Assembly (NCBI GenBank): GCA_965208575.1
Contig: CBDBOV010000005.1
Coordinates: forward strand, 1,088,001 to 1,152,000
Origin: Spirochaetia bacterium
GTDB lineage: Bacteria > Spirochaetota > Spirochaetia > SZUA-6 > Bin103
Length of the DNA stretch: 64,000 bases
Direction: 5' to 3'
Part shown: piece after piece, positions 29,123 to 39,287 of the stretch
How the letters are laid out: every line of letters begins with the position of its first letter
How positions within the stretch are numbered: position 1 is the first letter of the stretch
Position numbers and translations under genes: made by a program
Notes under the pieces: model-generated
The model's database searches: none
What the model was told of the DNA's origin: nothing
The model's input: only the letters and a program-made list of their open reading frames with translations

Positions 29123-29944
29123 ATGGGTGTGATGGGGAAGAAAGAGCCGAAGTACATCTTTCACCTCTACCGAACCGACGGTCAGTCGCTCATCCTCAAT
29201 CCGTTCGAGGCGCCCGACAAACTGCGCACGGCGCTTGAGACGCAGGAGATCGAGGGGCGCTACGGGGCCGAGCCGCCGGTCGCGCTGCTCACCACGTTTC
29301 GCAACGACCTGTACCGCGCCGTGGAGGCCGCCGTGCGCCGCTTCCTGTCCGATGCGCGCTTCGTGCCACGGTTTCTGTTGTCCGCCGGCGCGTTCTTCGC
29401 CTCGTTCATGATCCTGTCATACGCGGTGCCGGATCCGATCCTGATCGTCGATGAGTTGCTGGTTGCCGCCGCCGCCGGGATCGGCACCTACCTGTTCATG
29501 GGGCGGCGCGATCTCGGTTCGGACGCGGCGATGAAGAAGCGCATCGCGCTGCGCAACTCGGTGGATCGAATCAAGTTCGTGCCGAGCGCGTTCCTCGCCC
29601 GCGTGGAACGGGAGTTGCACCGCACGGAAAGCGGCAACTTCGAGGAGGCGGTACGCGCCATCCTGGACCCGGAGAAGAGCGCCGACGGCGACGGGGAACC
29701 GGGTGGTGCGATCACCGCGTTGTCGGACGAAGAGCGCGCCGAGGTGGCCCAGTTCGTGCTGCTGCTTGAGGAGAAGTACCGCTTCAAGCGGTTGCGCCGC
29801 GAGGAGAAGGTGCTGCGCAGCTACGCCTCGCGCGCCGCTTCCGATCGTGGCGACTCGTTGCGCCGCTGGTCGGACACCAAGAAGCTCGACCTGCCGCTGT
29901 ACGCCATCTACAAGCGCTTCAAGCGCACCGTGGAGCGGGTGTAG
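29123..29944 (+). CDS. Hypothetical membrane protein
   Basis: Long ORF with strong GC3 bias; hydrophobic hairpin around VPDPILIVDE. Confidence 0.7.
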   Translation: MGVMGKKEPKYIFHLYRTDGQSLILNPFEAPDKLRTALETQEIEGRYGAEPPVALLTTFRNDLYRAVEAAVRRFLSDARFVPRFLLSAGAFFASFMILSYAVPDPILIVDELLVAAAAGIGTYLFMGRRDLGSDAAMKKRIALRNSVDRIKFVPSAFLARVERELHRTESGNFEEAVRAILDPEKSADGDGEPGGAITALSDEERAEVAQFVLLLEEKYRFKRLRREEKVLRSYASRAASDRGDSLRRWSDTKKLDLPLYAIYKRFKRTVERV

Positions 29945-29985
29945 CGCCCGCGGCCACGGTCCCTGCCGCAGCTCTTTCCGCCCAG

Positions 29986-30438
29986 GTGGCGCGTTCGGTC
30001 CGCGTATCTGTTCCCGCAGCGCTCGTCGCGGTATGTGTTCTGGGCCTTTCGGCAGCGGGGTGCGGGTCCGACGACGGCCGCGTCCGGCTGTCGGTGGGCG
30101 GAGAGGCGTTCGATGTCGAACTGGCCGTCACTCCGGAGCAGCGCCGCCAGGGACTGATGTTTCGCGAGCAGCTCGGTGAGCGCGAGGGGATGCTGTTCGT
30201 GTTCGACGAGGAACAGACCGTGTCGTTCTGGATGCGCGACACGCCGCTGCCGCTGTCGATCGCGTTCATCGACGCACGCGGCGTGATCGTGCACGTGGCC
30301 GACATGGTGCCCTACTCGGAGGCCCCGGTCCCGTCACGATATCCGGTTCGCTATGCCCTGGAAGTGAACAAGGGAGCGCTGGAGCGCGCCGGAGTCGAGG
30401 TCGGCGACCTGGTCGAGCTGCCCGACCGGCTGCGGTGA
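29986..30438 (+). CDS. DUF192 family protein
   Basis: GLMFR, GMLFVF, FWMRDTPLPLSIAFID, ALEVN. Confidence 0.9.
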   Translation: MARSVRVSVPAALVAVCVLGLSAAGCGSDDGRVRLSVGGEAFDVELAVTPEQRRQGLMFREQLGEREGMLFVFDEEQTVSFWMRDTPLPLSIAFIDARGVIVHVADMVPYSEAPVPSRYPVRYALEVNKGALERAGVEVGDLVELPDRLR

Positions 30439-30468
30439 ACGCCCTTCCTTGTGGTGAGTGAGCGCTCG

Positions 30469-30720
30469 CTACGAACTGTCGCCGGGATGGGGGCCGTGGT
30501 CGGCGAACGGCTCGAGCACCGGGGCTGAGTCTCCCCGGCCCGGTTCGCTCACCACGATCTCGATGCGGCGGTCGATCTTGGCCAGTTCGCGCTCGAGCGT
30601 CTTGGCGAGCTTCACGCCCTCTTCGAACAGTTCCATCGCCTCTTCGATCGGCTGGTTGCCGTGACGCAGCGCTTCGCCGATCTGTTCCAGCCGTAGCAGG
30701 CGGTCTTCAAAGGTTGCCAT
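30469..30720 (-). CDS. xseB: Exodeoxyribonuclease VII small subunit
   Basis: TFEDRLLRLEQI..EEAMELFEEG; follows xseA. Confidence 0.9.
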   Translation of the reverse strand: MATFEDRLLRLEQIGEALRHGNQPIEEAMELFEEGVKLAKTLERELAKIDRRIEIVVSEPGRGDSAPVLEPFADHGPHPGDSS

Positions 30721-32041
30721 TCGTTGCCTGTGCCGTCTCCTCTTCCGTCTCGGTTACCGAGGCGTGCAGGGCGCCGCGGTGGAATTGCACGCGCACCCGG
30801 TCGCCGCGGCGCACCTGTCGCGCGGCGGTCACGTAGCTGCCGTCCGCCGCCGTGGTGACCAGCGCGAAGCCGCGCTCCAACACCGCCCGCGGCGAGGCCA
30901 CGGCCACGCTCCGGCCGGCCAGTTCCAGCCGGTGGCGCAACGTGCCCGCGGCGGCGTTGGTTGCCTGGAGCATTTCGCCGCGCGCTTCGTCGAGGCGCTG
31001 CCGTACCGGGTGGGTAAGCAGGCGCATGCTGCGCGCCAGTTGCTCCGGCGAACAGCGGTCCACGGTTGCCCGATGCCGCCGTGCGCGCCGTTCCATCGCC
31101 ATGCCGGTCGTGTTGCGCAGGCCCGCGACCCGGCGTTGCAGTTCGCCGCGCGAGGCAGCCACCACCTCGGCGGCCGCGGACGGGGTGGGGGCACGGTGGT
31201 CGGCGGCGAGATCGCTCAGCGCCACGTCCACCTCGTGGCCGACGGCGGAGATGACCGGCGTGCCGGCCTCGGCGATGGCGTGCACCACCGCCGCGTCGGA
31301 GAACGGCAGGAGGTCCTCCAGCGAGCCGCCGCCGCGGGTTACGATGATCACGTCGCCGAGCTGCCAGCGGTCGGCGGCGCGAATGCGCTTCGCAATGCGG
31401 GCGGCGGCGTCCGGTCCCTGTACCGGCGTCGGCACGATGATCACGTCGACGCCGGCATTGCGGCGGCCGAGCACGCGCAGCACGTCGCGCACGGCGGCGC
31501 CGGTGGGCGAGGTCACCAAGGCCACGCGGCGCGGCAGCAGGGGCAGCCGCTGCTTGCGCTCCGCGGCAAACAGGCCCTGCGCCGCGAGCGCGCGCTTGCG
31601 CCGTTCCAGAATGGCCAGCAGGTTGCCTTCTCCCGCCTGCTCGATCGTCTCGGCGATGAGCTGGTAGCTGCCGCGCTTGCCGTACACCGAGATGGCGCCG
31701 CGTATCCGCACCAGCATGCCGTCCGCCGGCCGGAAGCTCAGCAAGTGGTGGCGGTTCTTGAACAGGGCGACGCCCAGGGTTGCCTCGCGATCGACCAGGT
31801 TGAAGTAGTAGTGGCCGGTGCTCGAAGGCCGGAAGCCGCTCACCTCGCCCTCGACCAGGACATCGAAGAAGCGGTCCTCCAGCAGGCGCTTCACGTAACG
31901 GGTCAGCTCGCCGACCGTAAGCGGGCGCCGGTCGCTGCTGACCGACGCGGGGCCGGGCGCGGTGCGCAGCGGCTGCTCGGCAGCGATTCGCTGCGCGGAA
32001 GCAGGACGCCCGTCGTGCGGTCCTTGCGGCCATCTCCTCAT
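30707..32041 (-). CDS. xseA: Exodeoxyribonuclease VII large subunit
   Basis: VEGEVSG..GHYYF, VTSPTGAAVRD, RGGGSLEDL, SAVGHEVD, APTPSAAAE; start uncertain. Confidence 0.93.
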   Translation of the reverse strand: MRRWPQGPHDGRPASAQRIAAEQPLRTAPGPASVSSDRRPLTVGELTRYVKRLLEDRFFDVLVEGEVSGFRPSSTGHYYFNLVDREATLGVALFKNRHHLLSFRPADGMLVRIRGAISVYGKRGSYQLIAETIEQAGEGNLLAILERRKRALAAQGLFAAERKQRLPLLPRRVALVTSPTGAAVRDVLRVLGRRNAGVDVIIVPTPVQGPDAAARIAKRIRAADRWQLGDVIIVTRGGGSLEDLLPFSDAAVVHAIAEAGTPVISAVGHEVDVALSDLAADHRAPTPSAAAEVVAASRGELQRRVAGLRNTTGMAMERRARRHRATVDRCSPEQLARSMRLLTHPVRQRLDEARGEMLQATNAAAGTLRHRLELAGRSVAVASPRAVLERGFALVTTAADGSYVTAARQVRRGDRVRVQFHRGALHASVTETEEETAQATNGNL

Positions 32042-32150
32042 CGCCGCAGAGCATACGGCCCACCCGCACCGGCACACAAGAACCCGGCTCCGCGGCGACG
32101 CCCCCCGGCGGCCGATTCACGCGACCGCGGCGGCAGGACGATAATCTCTC

Positions 32151-33308
32151 ATGATGGGCCAGTGTGAGTCTGTACGGTCGCTCCGTGACAGGGAAGGCGA
32201 CGACAACCGATGCCGGGGCATCGCCGGCCGGCCGGCTTGTTCGGCCCGGGGCCGAGCGTTCGCCAATCCGCTCGGGCGGGCTCGCCGCCTGCTCGCGGTC
32301 GTCCTGGTGCAGACCGCCATGGTGGGGTGGGGGCCGGCCCTGGCGGTGGCCGATGGGGTCGACCTGCTGCAGCTTGCAGAAGAGTTGGGCGCGGTGCTGG
32401 AGTGGAACCCGGTGCGCCAGTTGGGCGTATTGGCCGCCGGCAACCGCAGGGTGGCGCTTCGGGTAGGCACGCCATGGGTACTGGTGGACGGCACCGACCC
32501 GCTGTTCGTCGGCGACGTGGTGCGCCGGGCGGGGGCGATCGAAGTTCCTTCCATGGGTGCCGACGAGCTGCGCCGGGTGTTGCGGGAGGGCACCGGAGCG
32601 CCGGTGCACCGGATCGGCGCCATCCTGATCGACCCGGGCCACGGCGGCAAGGATCCGGGCGCCGTCGCCAACCACGTCATGGACGGGCGCGAGGTGACGA
32701 TGCTGGAAAAGGACATTGTGCTGGAAACCAGCATCGTGCTGCACCGGTTGCTCAGTGAAGGCTTTCCCGACAAGAAGGTGGTGCTCAGCCGCGCCGACGA
32801 TCGCTATCTGACCCTGGAACAGCGTACCCTGCTGGCCAACAACCTGCTCGACGAGACCGGCGCGCCGGTGATCTTCATCTCCATACACGCCAACGCTTCG
32901 CTGAGCAAGGTGGCGCGCGGCTTCGAGGTGTGGCACCTGCCGGAGGATCACCGCCGCGACGTCCTGCCCGACAGCTCGGCCGCCAAGTCGCGGGAACTCG
33001 CTCCGATTCTCAACTCGGTCCAGGAGGAAGAGTTCACCCGCGATTCGCAGCTCCTCGCGCACACCATCATCGACCACTTCCAGCACCGCGTCGGCGATCG
33101 CAGCATCAACCGCGGCGTCCACGAGGAGTCGTGGTTCGTGGTGCGCAACGCCAAGATGCCGGCCGTGCTGGTCGAACTGGGTTTCGCGACCAACAAGCGG
33201 GAGGCCGCGCTGCTGGCGGACCCGGGATACTTGCGGACCCTGGCGGAAGCCATCTACAGTGCGGTGGCGGCGTTCGTTGCCACCTATGAGGAGAGCGAAT
33301 CCAGATGA
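32151..33308 (+). CDS. N-acetylmuramoyl-L-alanine amidase (Amidase_3)
   Basis: IDPGHGGKDPGA, EK, ISIHANA, VLVELGF; true start probably downstream of the repeat at 32164-32247. Confidence 0.9.
   Translation: MMGQCESVRSLRDREGDDNRCRGIAGRPACSARGRAFANPLGRARRLLAVVLVQTAMVGWGPALAVADGVDLLQLAEELGAVLEWNPVRQLGVLAAGNRRVALRVGTPWVLVDGTDPLFVGDVVRRAGAIEVPSMGADELRRVLREGTGAPVHRIGAILIDPGHGGKDPGAVANHVMDGREVTMLEKDIVLETSIVLHRLLSEGFPDKKVVLSRADDRYLTLEQRTLLANNLLDETGAPVIFISIHANASLSKVARGFEVWHLPEDHRRDVLPDSSAAKSRELAPILNSVQEEEFTRDSQLLAHTIIDHFQHRVGDRSINRGVHEESWFVVRNAKMPAVLVELGFATNKREAALLADPGYLRTLAEAIYSAVAAFVATYEESESR
32164..32247 (-). repeat. Dispersed ~84-bp two-hairpin repeat, copy 2
   Basis: Reverse complement aligns with 2163-2246. 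Confidence 0.8.
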
Positions 33309-33915
33309 ACCGGCCCGGTCGCTGCGCGCCCGAGCGGAGGCCGAGGCGCCGCAGCCGGACGGTACCCGCGCGGCGCGTCGGCGAGGGGGCGGGGAACACT
33401 GGAACCTGGTGACCGCGGTCGCCGCGGTGGCATGGCTGCTCGTGCTCGGATACAGCGCGCTGATGCAGCAGGACGCGGCCAGCGGGCGCGTGCGGCGGGT
33501 GCTGTTCTTCCCCGAGCTGCCGTACCACGGTGCGGCGCACGGCGAGCAGCGCGAGGCTCGCGTGCTGCACCGGGAAGTGCGCTACGTCCCCTACCGGTCG
33601 CACGCGGAACCCGCGCTGCGTTTGCTGGTGGAGGAGACCATTCTCGGACCGGCGGATCATCGCACGTACCATCTCCTGCCCGCCGGCGTACGCGTCATTT
33701 CCACCCACGTCGCCGACGGCGTGGCGTACGTCAATCTGACCCATCACGCCTTGCTCGGCGCCACGGCGGTGCCGAGTACGGGCGCCGAGCGGATCGGCAC
33801 GCTGACCGAGATCATTCTTTACAATTTTCCGCGCCTGCAGGCGGTTCGTATCCTGGTGGACGGCCAGGAACCCCGCCTCGCTCCGGCGCCGACGGAAGGA
33901 GCAGACGATGGCTGA
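33286..33915 (+). CDS. GerMN-domain-like membrane protein
   Basis: One TM segment; LVEETILGP, VAYVNL, NFPRLQAVRILVDG; follows the amidase. Confidence 0.65.
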   Translation: MRRANPDEPARSLRARAEAEAPQPDGTRAARRRGGGEHWNLVTAVAAVAWLLVLGYSALMQQDAASGRVRRVLFFPELPYHGAAHGEQREARVLHREVRYVPYRSHAEPALRLLVEETILGPADHRTYHLLPAGVRVISTHVADGVAYVNLTHHALLGATAVPSTGAERIGTLTEIILYNFPRLQAVRILVDGQEPRLAPAPTEGADDG

Positions 33916-34201
33916 ACCCCTGAACGAACGACAGGTACGCGACGCGCTCGCGGAGTTGCCCGGCTGGGCGCATGCCGGCGATGCGATCACCAAGACTTAC
34001 ACGTTCGCCCATTTCCGCGAAGCGGTCTCGTTCATGGTGAGAATCGCGTTTTCCGCGGAGGCGGCGAATCATCACCCCGAGTTGTGGAACGTCTACAACC
34101 GGGTGCGCGTCACGCTGGCGACGCATGACGCCGGCAACCGGGTGACCGCCAAGGATATCGCGCTGGCAGGCGAGATCGAGCAGGTGTCCTGGGTCGAATA
34201 A
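33908..34201 (+). CDS. Pterin-4a-carbinolamine dehydratase
   Basis: AEAANHHPE, YNRV..LATHDAG. Confidence 0.9.
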   Translation: MAEPLNERQVRDALAELPGWAHAGDAITKTYTFAHFREAVSFMVRIAFSAEAANHHPELWNVYNRVRVTLATHDAGNRVTAKDIALAGEIEQVSWVE

Positions 34202-34237
34202 CCCGCCCGGCCCGCCGCCGGCGGCTGCCGGTTTCCT

Positions 34238-34317
34238 GGTCCGAAGGGGCAGGCCCGCAGGCGATGCCTGGGCATCGGTTTACCGTCTTCCATGTTCCGG
34301 AGTGACGGTACAGAACC
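34238..34317 (+). repeat. Dispersed ~84-bp two-hairpin repeat, copy 3 (more diverged)
   Basis: GGTCCGAA..GGCGATGCCTGGGCATCGGTTT..CGTCTTCC..GGAGTGACGGTACAG. Confidence 0.7.
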
Positions 34318-35405
34318 TACAACAGGTCGGGGCGCCGCTTGCCGATCTCCTGCACCGCGTCGCGCACCAGTTGGGTGCGGCCCTTGCGGGTCACCAGTAC
34401 GGCGCCGTTCTTCACCACCACGATGAGATCGTCGACGCCGGCCAATGCCACCGGAAGATCGCTGTACACGGCGTTGCCGCGCGCCTCGGCGGCCGCCACC
34501 GGCTCGTCGCCGTCCGCGATGCGCGCCAATTCGTCCCAGCTTCCGACGTCGCTCCAGCGAAACGAGGCCGGCACCGCCGCCACCCGGTCGCTGCGTTCCA
34601 TCAGGGCATAGTCTATGGAGATGGCAGGGACCCCGTCGTAGGCGGCGCGCAACTCCGGCGTGGGTGGTGCGACCAGCGGACCGCCGCCGTCGGCGGCGGA
34701 TGGCGCCGCGTGGAATGCCTCGACGTCGAGCAGCGCCGCAACCTCCGGGGCGTGCCGGCGCATCTCGGAGGCGAACAGCGTGAGGGGGAACAGGAACATG
34801 CCGGCGTTCCACAGGAATCCGCCGGCCGCGAGGAAGCGCTCGGCGCTGGCGCGGTCCGGCTTCTCCCGGAACGCGGCCACCCGATAGCCGCCGCCGAGCC
34901 GTCCGCCCAGTTCCAGGTAGCCGTAGCCGGTCTCCGGCCGCGTCGGCCGGATGCCGAACGTGGTCAGCCAGCCGTGCCGCGCCAGATCCCGCGCCGTGCG
35001 CACGTCGGCGGCGAAGGCGGCCTGCGGCTCGATGGCGTGGTCCGAGGACAGCACCAGCAGCGCTGCCTCGCCCGGGCCGCCGGCGCCGATCCGGCCCGCC
35101 AGAGCGGCACCGAGGGCGACCGCCGGTGCGGTGTTGCGCGCCGCCGGCTCGCCGACGACGTAGCAGGGCGCCGCCGCCGGCGCAGCGTCCAGGGCGGCGG
35201 TCTGTGCCGCCACCATGTCCACCTGGTCCTCGGCAGTCACCACCATTACCGCCTCGGACGACACCGTCCGCGCGCGCAGCAGCGCCTGCTGCAGGTAGCT
35301 CGGCCCGCCGTCGAAGCTCAGGTACTGCTTGGGCGCGGCGGCACGAGAGGCGGGCCACAGGCGCGTGCCGCTGCCGCCGGCCAGAATCAGGGTAATCAGG
35401 CTCAT
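34317..35405 (-). CDS. manC: Mannose-1-phosphate guanylyltransferase
   Basis: ILAGGSGTRLWP.SR..PKQ, EP..RNTAPA, ETGYGY, ISIDYALME, WSDVGSW. Confidence 0.92.
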   Translation of the reverse strand: MSLITLILAGGSGTRLWPASRAAAPKQYLSFDGGPSYLQQALLRARTVSSEAVMVVTAEDQVDMVAAQTAALDAAPAAAPCYVVGEPAARNTAPAVALGAALAGRIGAGGPGEAALLVLSSDHAIEPQAAFAADVRTARDLARHGWLTTFGIRPTRPETGYGYLELGGRLGGGYRVAAFREKPDRASAERFLAAGGFLWNAGMFLFPLTLFASEMRRHAPEVAALLDVEAFHAAPSAADGGGPLVAPPTPELRAAYDGVPAISIDYALMERSDRVAAVPASFRWSDVGSWDELARIADGDEPVAAAEARGNAVYSDLPVALAGVDDLIVVVKNGAVLVTRKGRTQLVRDAVQEIGKRRPDLL

Positions 35406-35544
35406 GGTGGCGTTCAGGGGGGCACCAGGCGGCCGGAGAGGGGCGCCGGCCGCGGCCATGGCGCCGGCGCCAAAGTGATCAGGCTCATCGCGGCGCCGGG
35501 CAGGTGCGCGAGGCGGGCAGATGGGTATTGGCGCGACAGCTCAT

Positions 35545-36257
35545 TCAGGGCAGTACCAGGCGGTCGGCGAGCGGCGCCAGCCGCCGGCGCAGCTCCGGCG
35601 ACAAGGTAGCGGCGATTTCGTATTGGGTGGCGCCTCCCGCGCGGGTGTACCCGAGGTGCAGCATGCGCCGCGGGCCGGAGCTGTAGTTGGCGCGCGCACC
35701 GTGCCAGGTGTCGCCGTGCAGCAGGATCGCCGACCCGGCCGGGCAGGTGGCCAGCACCTCTCCCGGCACCGCTGCGAATGGATCGTCCACCTCGGTGGCC
35801 GGAAACGGGCGCCGGTGAGAACCGGGCACGAGGCGCGTGGTGCCATTCTCGGGGTGATGTCGTCCAGGGCCAACAGCACGTTGAAGTAGGCGGGAGTGTC
35901 GCGCCAGCTTTGCCGGTCGGCGTGTATCGCCTGGTGCGGATGGTGGTGGCCGGGCCACGGATCGTGGGCGTTCATGGCGTGCCAGGTTACCGGGCGGCCA
36001 ATCATCAACTCGGCGAATTCCAGCACCAGGGGATCGGTGGCCAGCTCGACGAACACCTCGCCCTTGCTGAACAGGTTGCACAGCCGGCGCACGAACGGTG
36101 CCACCGCGGGCTGCTCCCAGCCGGCGCGCGCGCCCTCGCGCGCGTACAGGTGTTCGACCGCGTCGACCAGCGCCGCGACCCGCGCTGCCGGCAGGTAGCG
36201 CTCGACGATCACGTATCCGTCGCGCCGGAACGCGGCGCGCAGTTCGTCGTTGCTCAC
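35545..36257 (-). pseudogene. Phytanoyl-CoA dioxygenase (PhyH) family gene with a 1-nt frameshift
   Basis: FRRDGY..IHAD..ALDDITP in one frame; ENGTTRLVPGSH..TWHG in another; junction ~35850. Confidence 0.8.
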
Positions 36258-36355
36258 CCCGCCATCGTAAGCACTGCGGCGGAACGGTCAAGAGCACCGG
36301 CCGCGAACCATGGCGAACTGACCGCGAGCTTCCGGCGTGCGCAGCCGGGCGGCAC

Positions 36356-36793
36356 TCAATAGCTGCGGGCGTCGATCCGTTCGTCGCCGGCGCCCTCCAC
36401 GGCCACGAACACGCGATTGGGCAGGCACGCGATCCACTGGCCGGGCCGCGACACGGTGCCGCTCTTGACGCAGATCTGGTTGGCGCACGGGGCGGACTCC
36501 ACGAATACCTCGCCGCCGCGCACCACGATGCGACTGCTGCCGAGGGGGCCGGTCGCCTCCAGCACCTGGTCCTCCTCGGGGCGCAGCAGCCAGGTGGCGT
36601 TGGGAGCGGTCACGCGGATCATCGCTCTCCCGCCGCGCGAGCCGAGCACCCAGCGCGTTATGGCGCCCGCAACCCCCAGCGAGCACAGCAGTGCGGCGAC
36701 GTCCAGCAGGCGCAGCGGCAGCCAGCGAAGGAAGCGGCGCCGGCCGGGATCGGCCGGCCGGCCGCCGCGGACGGAGTCAGGTTGCTCGCGCAC
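36356..36793 (-). CDS. NusG domain II-containing (DUF1312-like) membrane protein
   Basis: GPLG, SAPCANQICV, WIACLPNRV; start uncertain. Confidence 0.8.
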   Translation of the reverse strand: MREQPDSVRGGRPADPGRRRFLRWLPLRLLDVAALLCSLGVAGAITRWVLGSRGGRAMIRVTAPNATWLLRPEEDQVLEATGPLGSSRIVVRGGEVFVESAPCANQICVKSGTVSRPGQWIACLPNRVFVAVEGAGDERIDARSY

Positions 36794-36843
36794 CCAGCGG
36801 CCCGGTTGTTGACGGGCGTCGGCGCAGGACGTATGCATGCCGT

Positions 36844-37332
36844 GTGAGCGTATACACCCCCATCGTCGGCACGCTCGGCTACGTGGTCTCTCCCGACCGC
36901 CAGCGCACGCTGCTGGTGTACCGCAACGCCCGCCCCGACGATGACCACCTCGGCAAGTACAACGGCCTCGGCGGCAAGATGGAGCCGCGGGAAGACATTG
37001 CCACCTGCATGCGGCGCGAGATACGGGAGGAAGCGGGCATCGAGTGTCGTGAGATGTCGTTGCGCGGCACCATCAACTGGACCGGCTTCGGACCGCGCGG
37101 CGAGGACTGGCTCGGATTCATCTTCCGCATCGACCGCTTCGACGGTGAGCCGTACGCCAGCAACCCGGAGGGTGTGCTGGAGTGGCATCCGATTGCCGGC
37201 CTCCTGTCGCTGCCGCTGTGGGACGGCGACCGCCACTTCCTGGCGATGGTGTTCGACGAGGATCCGCGCCCCTTCCACGGCTACATGCCCTACGAAAACG
37301 ACCGCGCGCTCGAGTGGCGGTACGTGCGCTGA
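36844..37332 (+). CDS. NUDIX hydrolase (MTH1-like 8-oxo-dGTPase)
   Basis: YNGLGGKMEPRE...REIREEAG Nudix box; LWDGD. Confidence 0.88.
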   Translation: MSVYTPIVGTLGYVVSPDRQRTLLVYRNARPDDDHLGKYNGLGGKMEPREDIATCMRREIREEAGIECREMSLRGTINWTGFGPRGEDWLGFIFRIDRFDGEPYASNPEGVLEWHPIAGLLSLPLWDGDRHFLAMVFDEDPRPFHGYMPYENDRALEWRYVR

Positions 37333-37380
37333 GGAAACGTGCGTCGAGGGAGCGCGCGCCGAGGGGGCGGCCGGCGCGCT

Positions 37381-38379
37381 TCATGACGCGGCCGCGCGGC
37401 CCCGGTCCGCGCTGACCGCCTGAATCAGCGCGCGAATGTAGCCGAGGATATACGCTTCGCCCGCGTCGCCGGTCCCGTCGCCGAGTTGCGGCACGTGGTC
37501 GGGCACCACCATGCCGTCGTAGCCGACCTCCGCAAGCGCGGTCATGATCCGGTACATGTCCAGGTAGCCGTTGTCGGGGAAGGTTTCGTGGAAGTCGGGC
37601 ATCGGCGAACTGATGTTGCGGAAGTGCACCTGGAAGATGTGGCCGCGGCTGCCGAACTCGTAGATCGCTCCGGCCACGTCTTCGCCGCTGCCCTCGGGGC
37701 CGAACATCTCGGCAAAGCAGCCGACGCAGAACAGGATGCCGGAGTGCGGGCTGTGGCCGGCAATCTCCATGGCGCGGCGGAACGCCAGCCGGCTGCTGAA
37801 CAGCCGCGGTACGCCCTGGTGGTCCACCGGCGGGTCGTTGGGATGCAGTTGCAGGCGCACGCCGCTGTCCTCCGCCACCGGCAGGATCTCGCGGATGAAC
37901 GCGGCGTAGTTGTCCCACAGTTCGTCGTGCGAGTAGCGCCGCCCGTAGGCGTCGGGCAGCGCCTGCGCCTCGGCGAGCTGGAACAGGCGCGTGCTGCAGC
38001 CGCGCGTCTCGGTGCGGCCGGTGGCGTAGGCGCCGCCGGTGTGCCAGGCGTAGGTCATGACGCCGACGCCGGCGCGCCCGATGTCGCGGATGAAGCGCTT
38101 GAACAGGCCGATCTCGGCACCGCTCTCGGGCAGGCCGAGGGCGATGGGGCGGCAACTGTAGCGGTCGGCGAGCATGATCTCGTGCAGCCCCAGGCCGGCG
38201 CTCTCTACCGTGTCGCGCACCCGGCAGATGTCGTCGTAGCCGCACTCGCTGCTCGGGATGCGCACCTCGACCTTCTCCACTCCCATCTGGCGCAGGAAAC
38301 GCAGGCGCGACGGGGTCAGTGTCTCCGGCGTCTGGTGGCTGACGCCGAGTTGCAGGGCAGGGGAACTCATCGCCGCCAT
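37381..38379 (-). CDS. uxuA: Mannonate dehydratase family protein
   Basis: LHPNDPP, VHFRN, FHETFPDNG, PDHVP. Confidence 0.8.
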   Translation of the reverse strand: MAAMSSPALQLGVSHQTPETLTPSRLRFLRQMGVEKVEVRIPSSECGYDDICRVRDTVESAGLGLHEIMLADRYSCRPIALGLPESGAEIGLFKRFIRDIGRAGVGVMTYAWHTGGAYATGRTETRGCSTRLFQLAEAQALPDAYGRRYSHDELWDNYAAFIREILPVAEDSGVRLQLHPNDPPVDHQGVPRLFSSRLAFRRAMEIAGHSPHSGILFCVGCFAEMFGPEGSGEDVAGAIYEFGSRGHIFQVHFRNISSPMPDFHETFPDNGYLDMYRIMTALAEVGYDGMVVPDHVPQLGDGTGDAGEAYILGYIRALIQAVSADRGRAAAS

Positions 38380-38380
38380 C

Positions 38381-39187
38381 CTACCACTCCGGCACCGGCG
38401 GTGCCCATGCGCCGATCGCCATCACGCCGCCGTCCACGTTCACGTACTCGCCGGTCATGAAACCGGCGTGCTCGCTGGCCAGGAACACCATCGCCTTGCC
38501 GATCTCCTCCGGACGCCCGAGGCGGCCGAGCGGCTGGTTGCGCGCGAACATCGCCAGCGCCGCGGCCGGATCGTCGGTGGCGGCCGCCGCCTCCTGCACC
38601 AGCGGCGTGTCGATGGTGCCGGGGTTGACCGCCAGCACGCGGATGCCTTCCTTGGCGTAGTCGATCGCCATCTGGCGGGTCAGTGACATGATGCCGCCCT
38701 TGCTGGCCGCGTACGCCGGAACCTCGGGCATCGACTGCAGGCCCTGCACGCTGGCCACGTTGATCACCGCGCCGCCGCCGCGCTTGCGTATTTCCGGGAT
38801 ACAGTACTTGGCCATCAGGAAGTGGCTCTTGAGGTTCACCGCCAGGATGCGGTCCCACAGCTCCTCGGTGGTATCCTCGACGGTGCGGTAGGAGTCGGTG
38901 CTCTGGATGCCGACGTTGTTGATCAGCACGTCGATCGCGCCGAAGTGTGCCGCCGTCTCGGCCGCCGCCCGCCGGCACTCCGCCGTGATGCCGAGATCGG
39001 CGCCGATGAACACCGCTCCCGGGCCGCGCGCCGCCGCCTCCCGGGCGGTCGCCGCGCCGTGCTGCGCGTCCACGTCCACCACCGCCACGCGCGCCCCACT
39101 GGCCGCGAACTCCAGCGCGATGCCGCGCCCGATGCCCTGCGCGGCGCCGGTCACCAGCACCACCCTGCCGCCGTAGTCGATCGTCAT
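38381..39187 (-). CDS. SDR family oxidoreductase
   Basis: TGAAQGIG, NNVG, YAASK, VDGG. Confidence 0.9.
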   Translation of the reverse strand: MTIDYGGRVVLVTGAAQGIGRGIALEFAASGARVAVVDVDAQHGAATAREAAARGPGAVFIGADLGITAECRRAAAETAAHFGAIDVLINNVGIQSTDSYRTVEDTTEELWDRILAVNLKSHFLMAKYCIPEIRKRGGGAVINVASVQGLQSMPEVPAYAASKGGIMSLTRQMAIDYAKEGIRVLAVNPGTIDTPLVQEAAAATDDPAAALAMFARNQPLGRLGRPEEIGKAMVFLASEHAGFMTGEYVNVDGGVMAIGAWAPPVPEW

Positions 39188-39242
39188 GCTGCCTCCTCGG
39201 CGCCCATGATACCCGCTGCGCGGGTCCGTGCGCATGGCTGAC

Positions 39243-39272
39243 CGCCCAACGCCCAACGCCCAACGCCCAACG
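39243..39272. repeat. (CGCCCAA)x4 heptamer tandem repeat
   Basis: Read directly; intergenic, upstream of the SDR gene. Confidence 0.9.
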
Positions 39273-39287
39273 GGCCAAGGCGAGCGT

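Noticed and set aside
35390-35490. Short duplication of the manC start (ATGAGCCTGAT twice, 83 bp apart)
   Set aside because: Only ~15 bp similar and out of frame; too weak to interpret.
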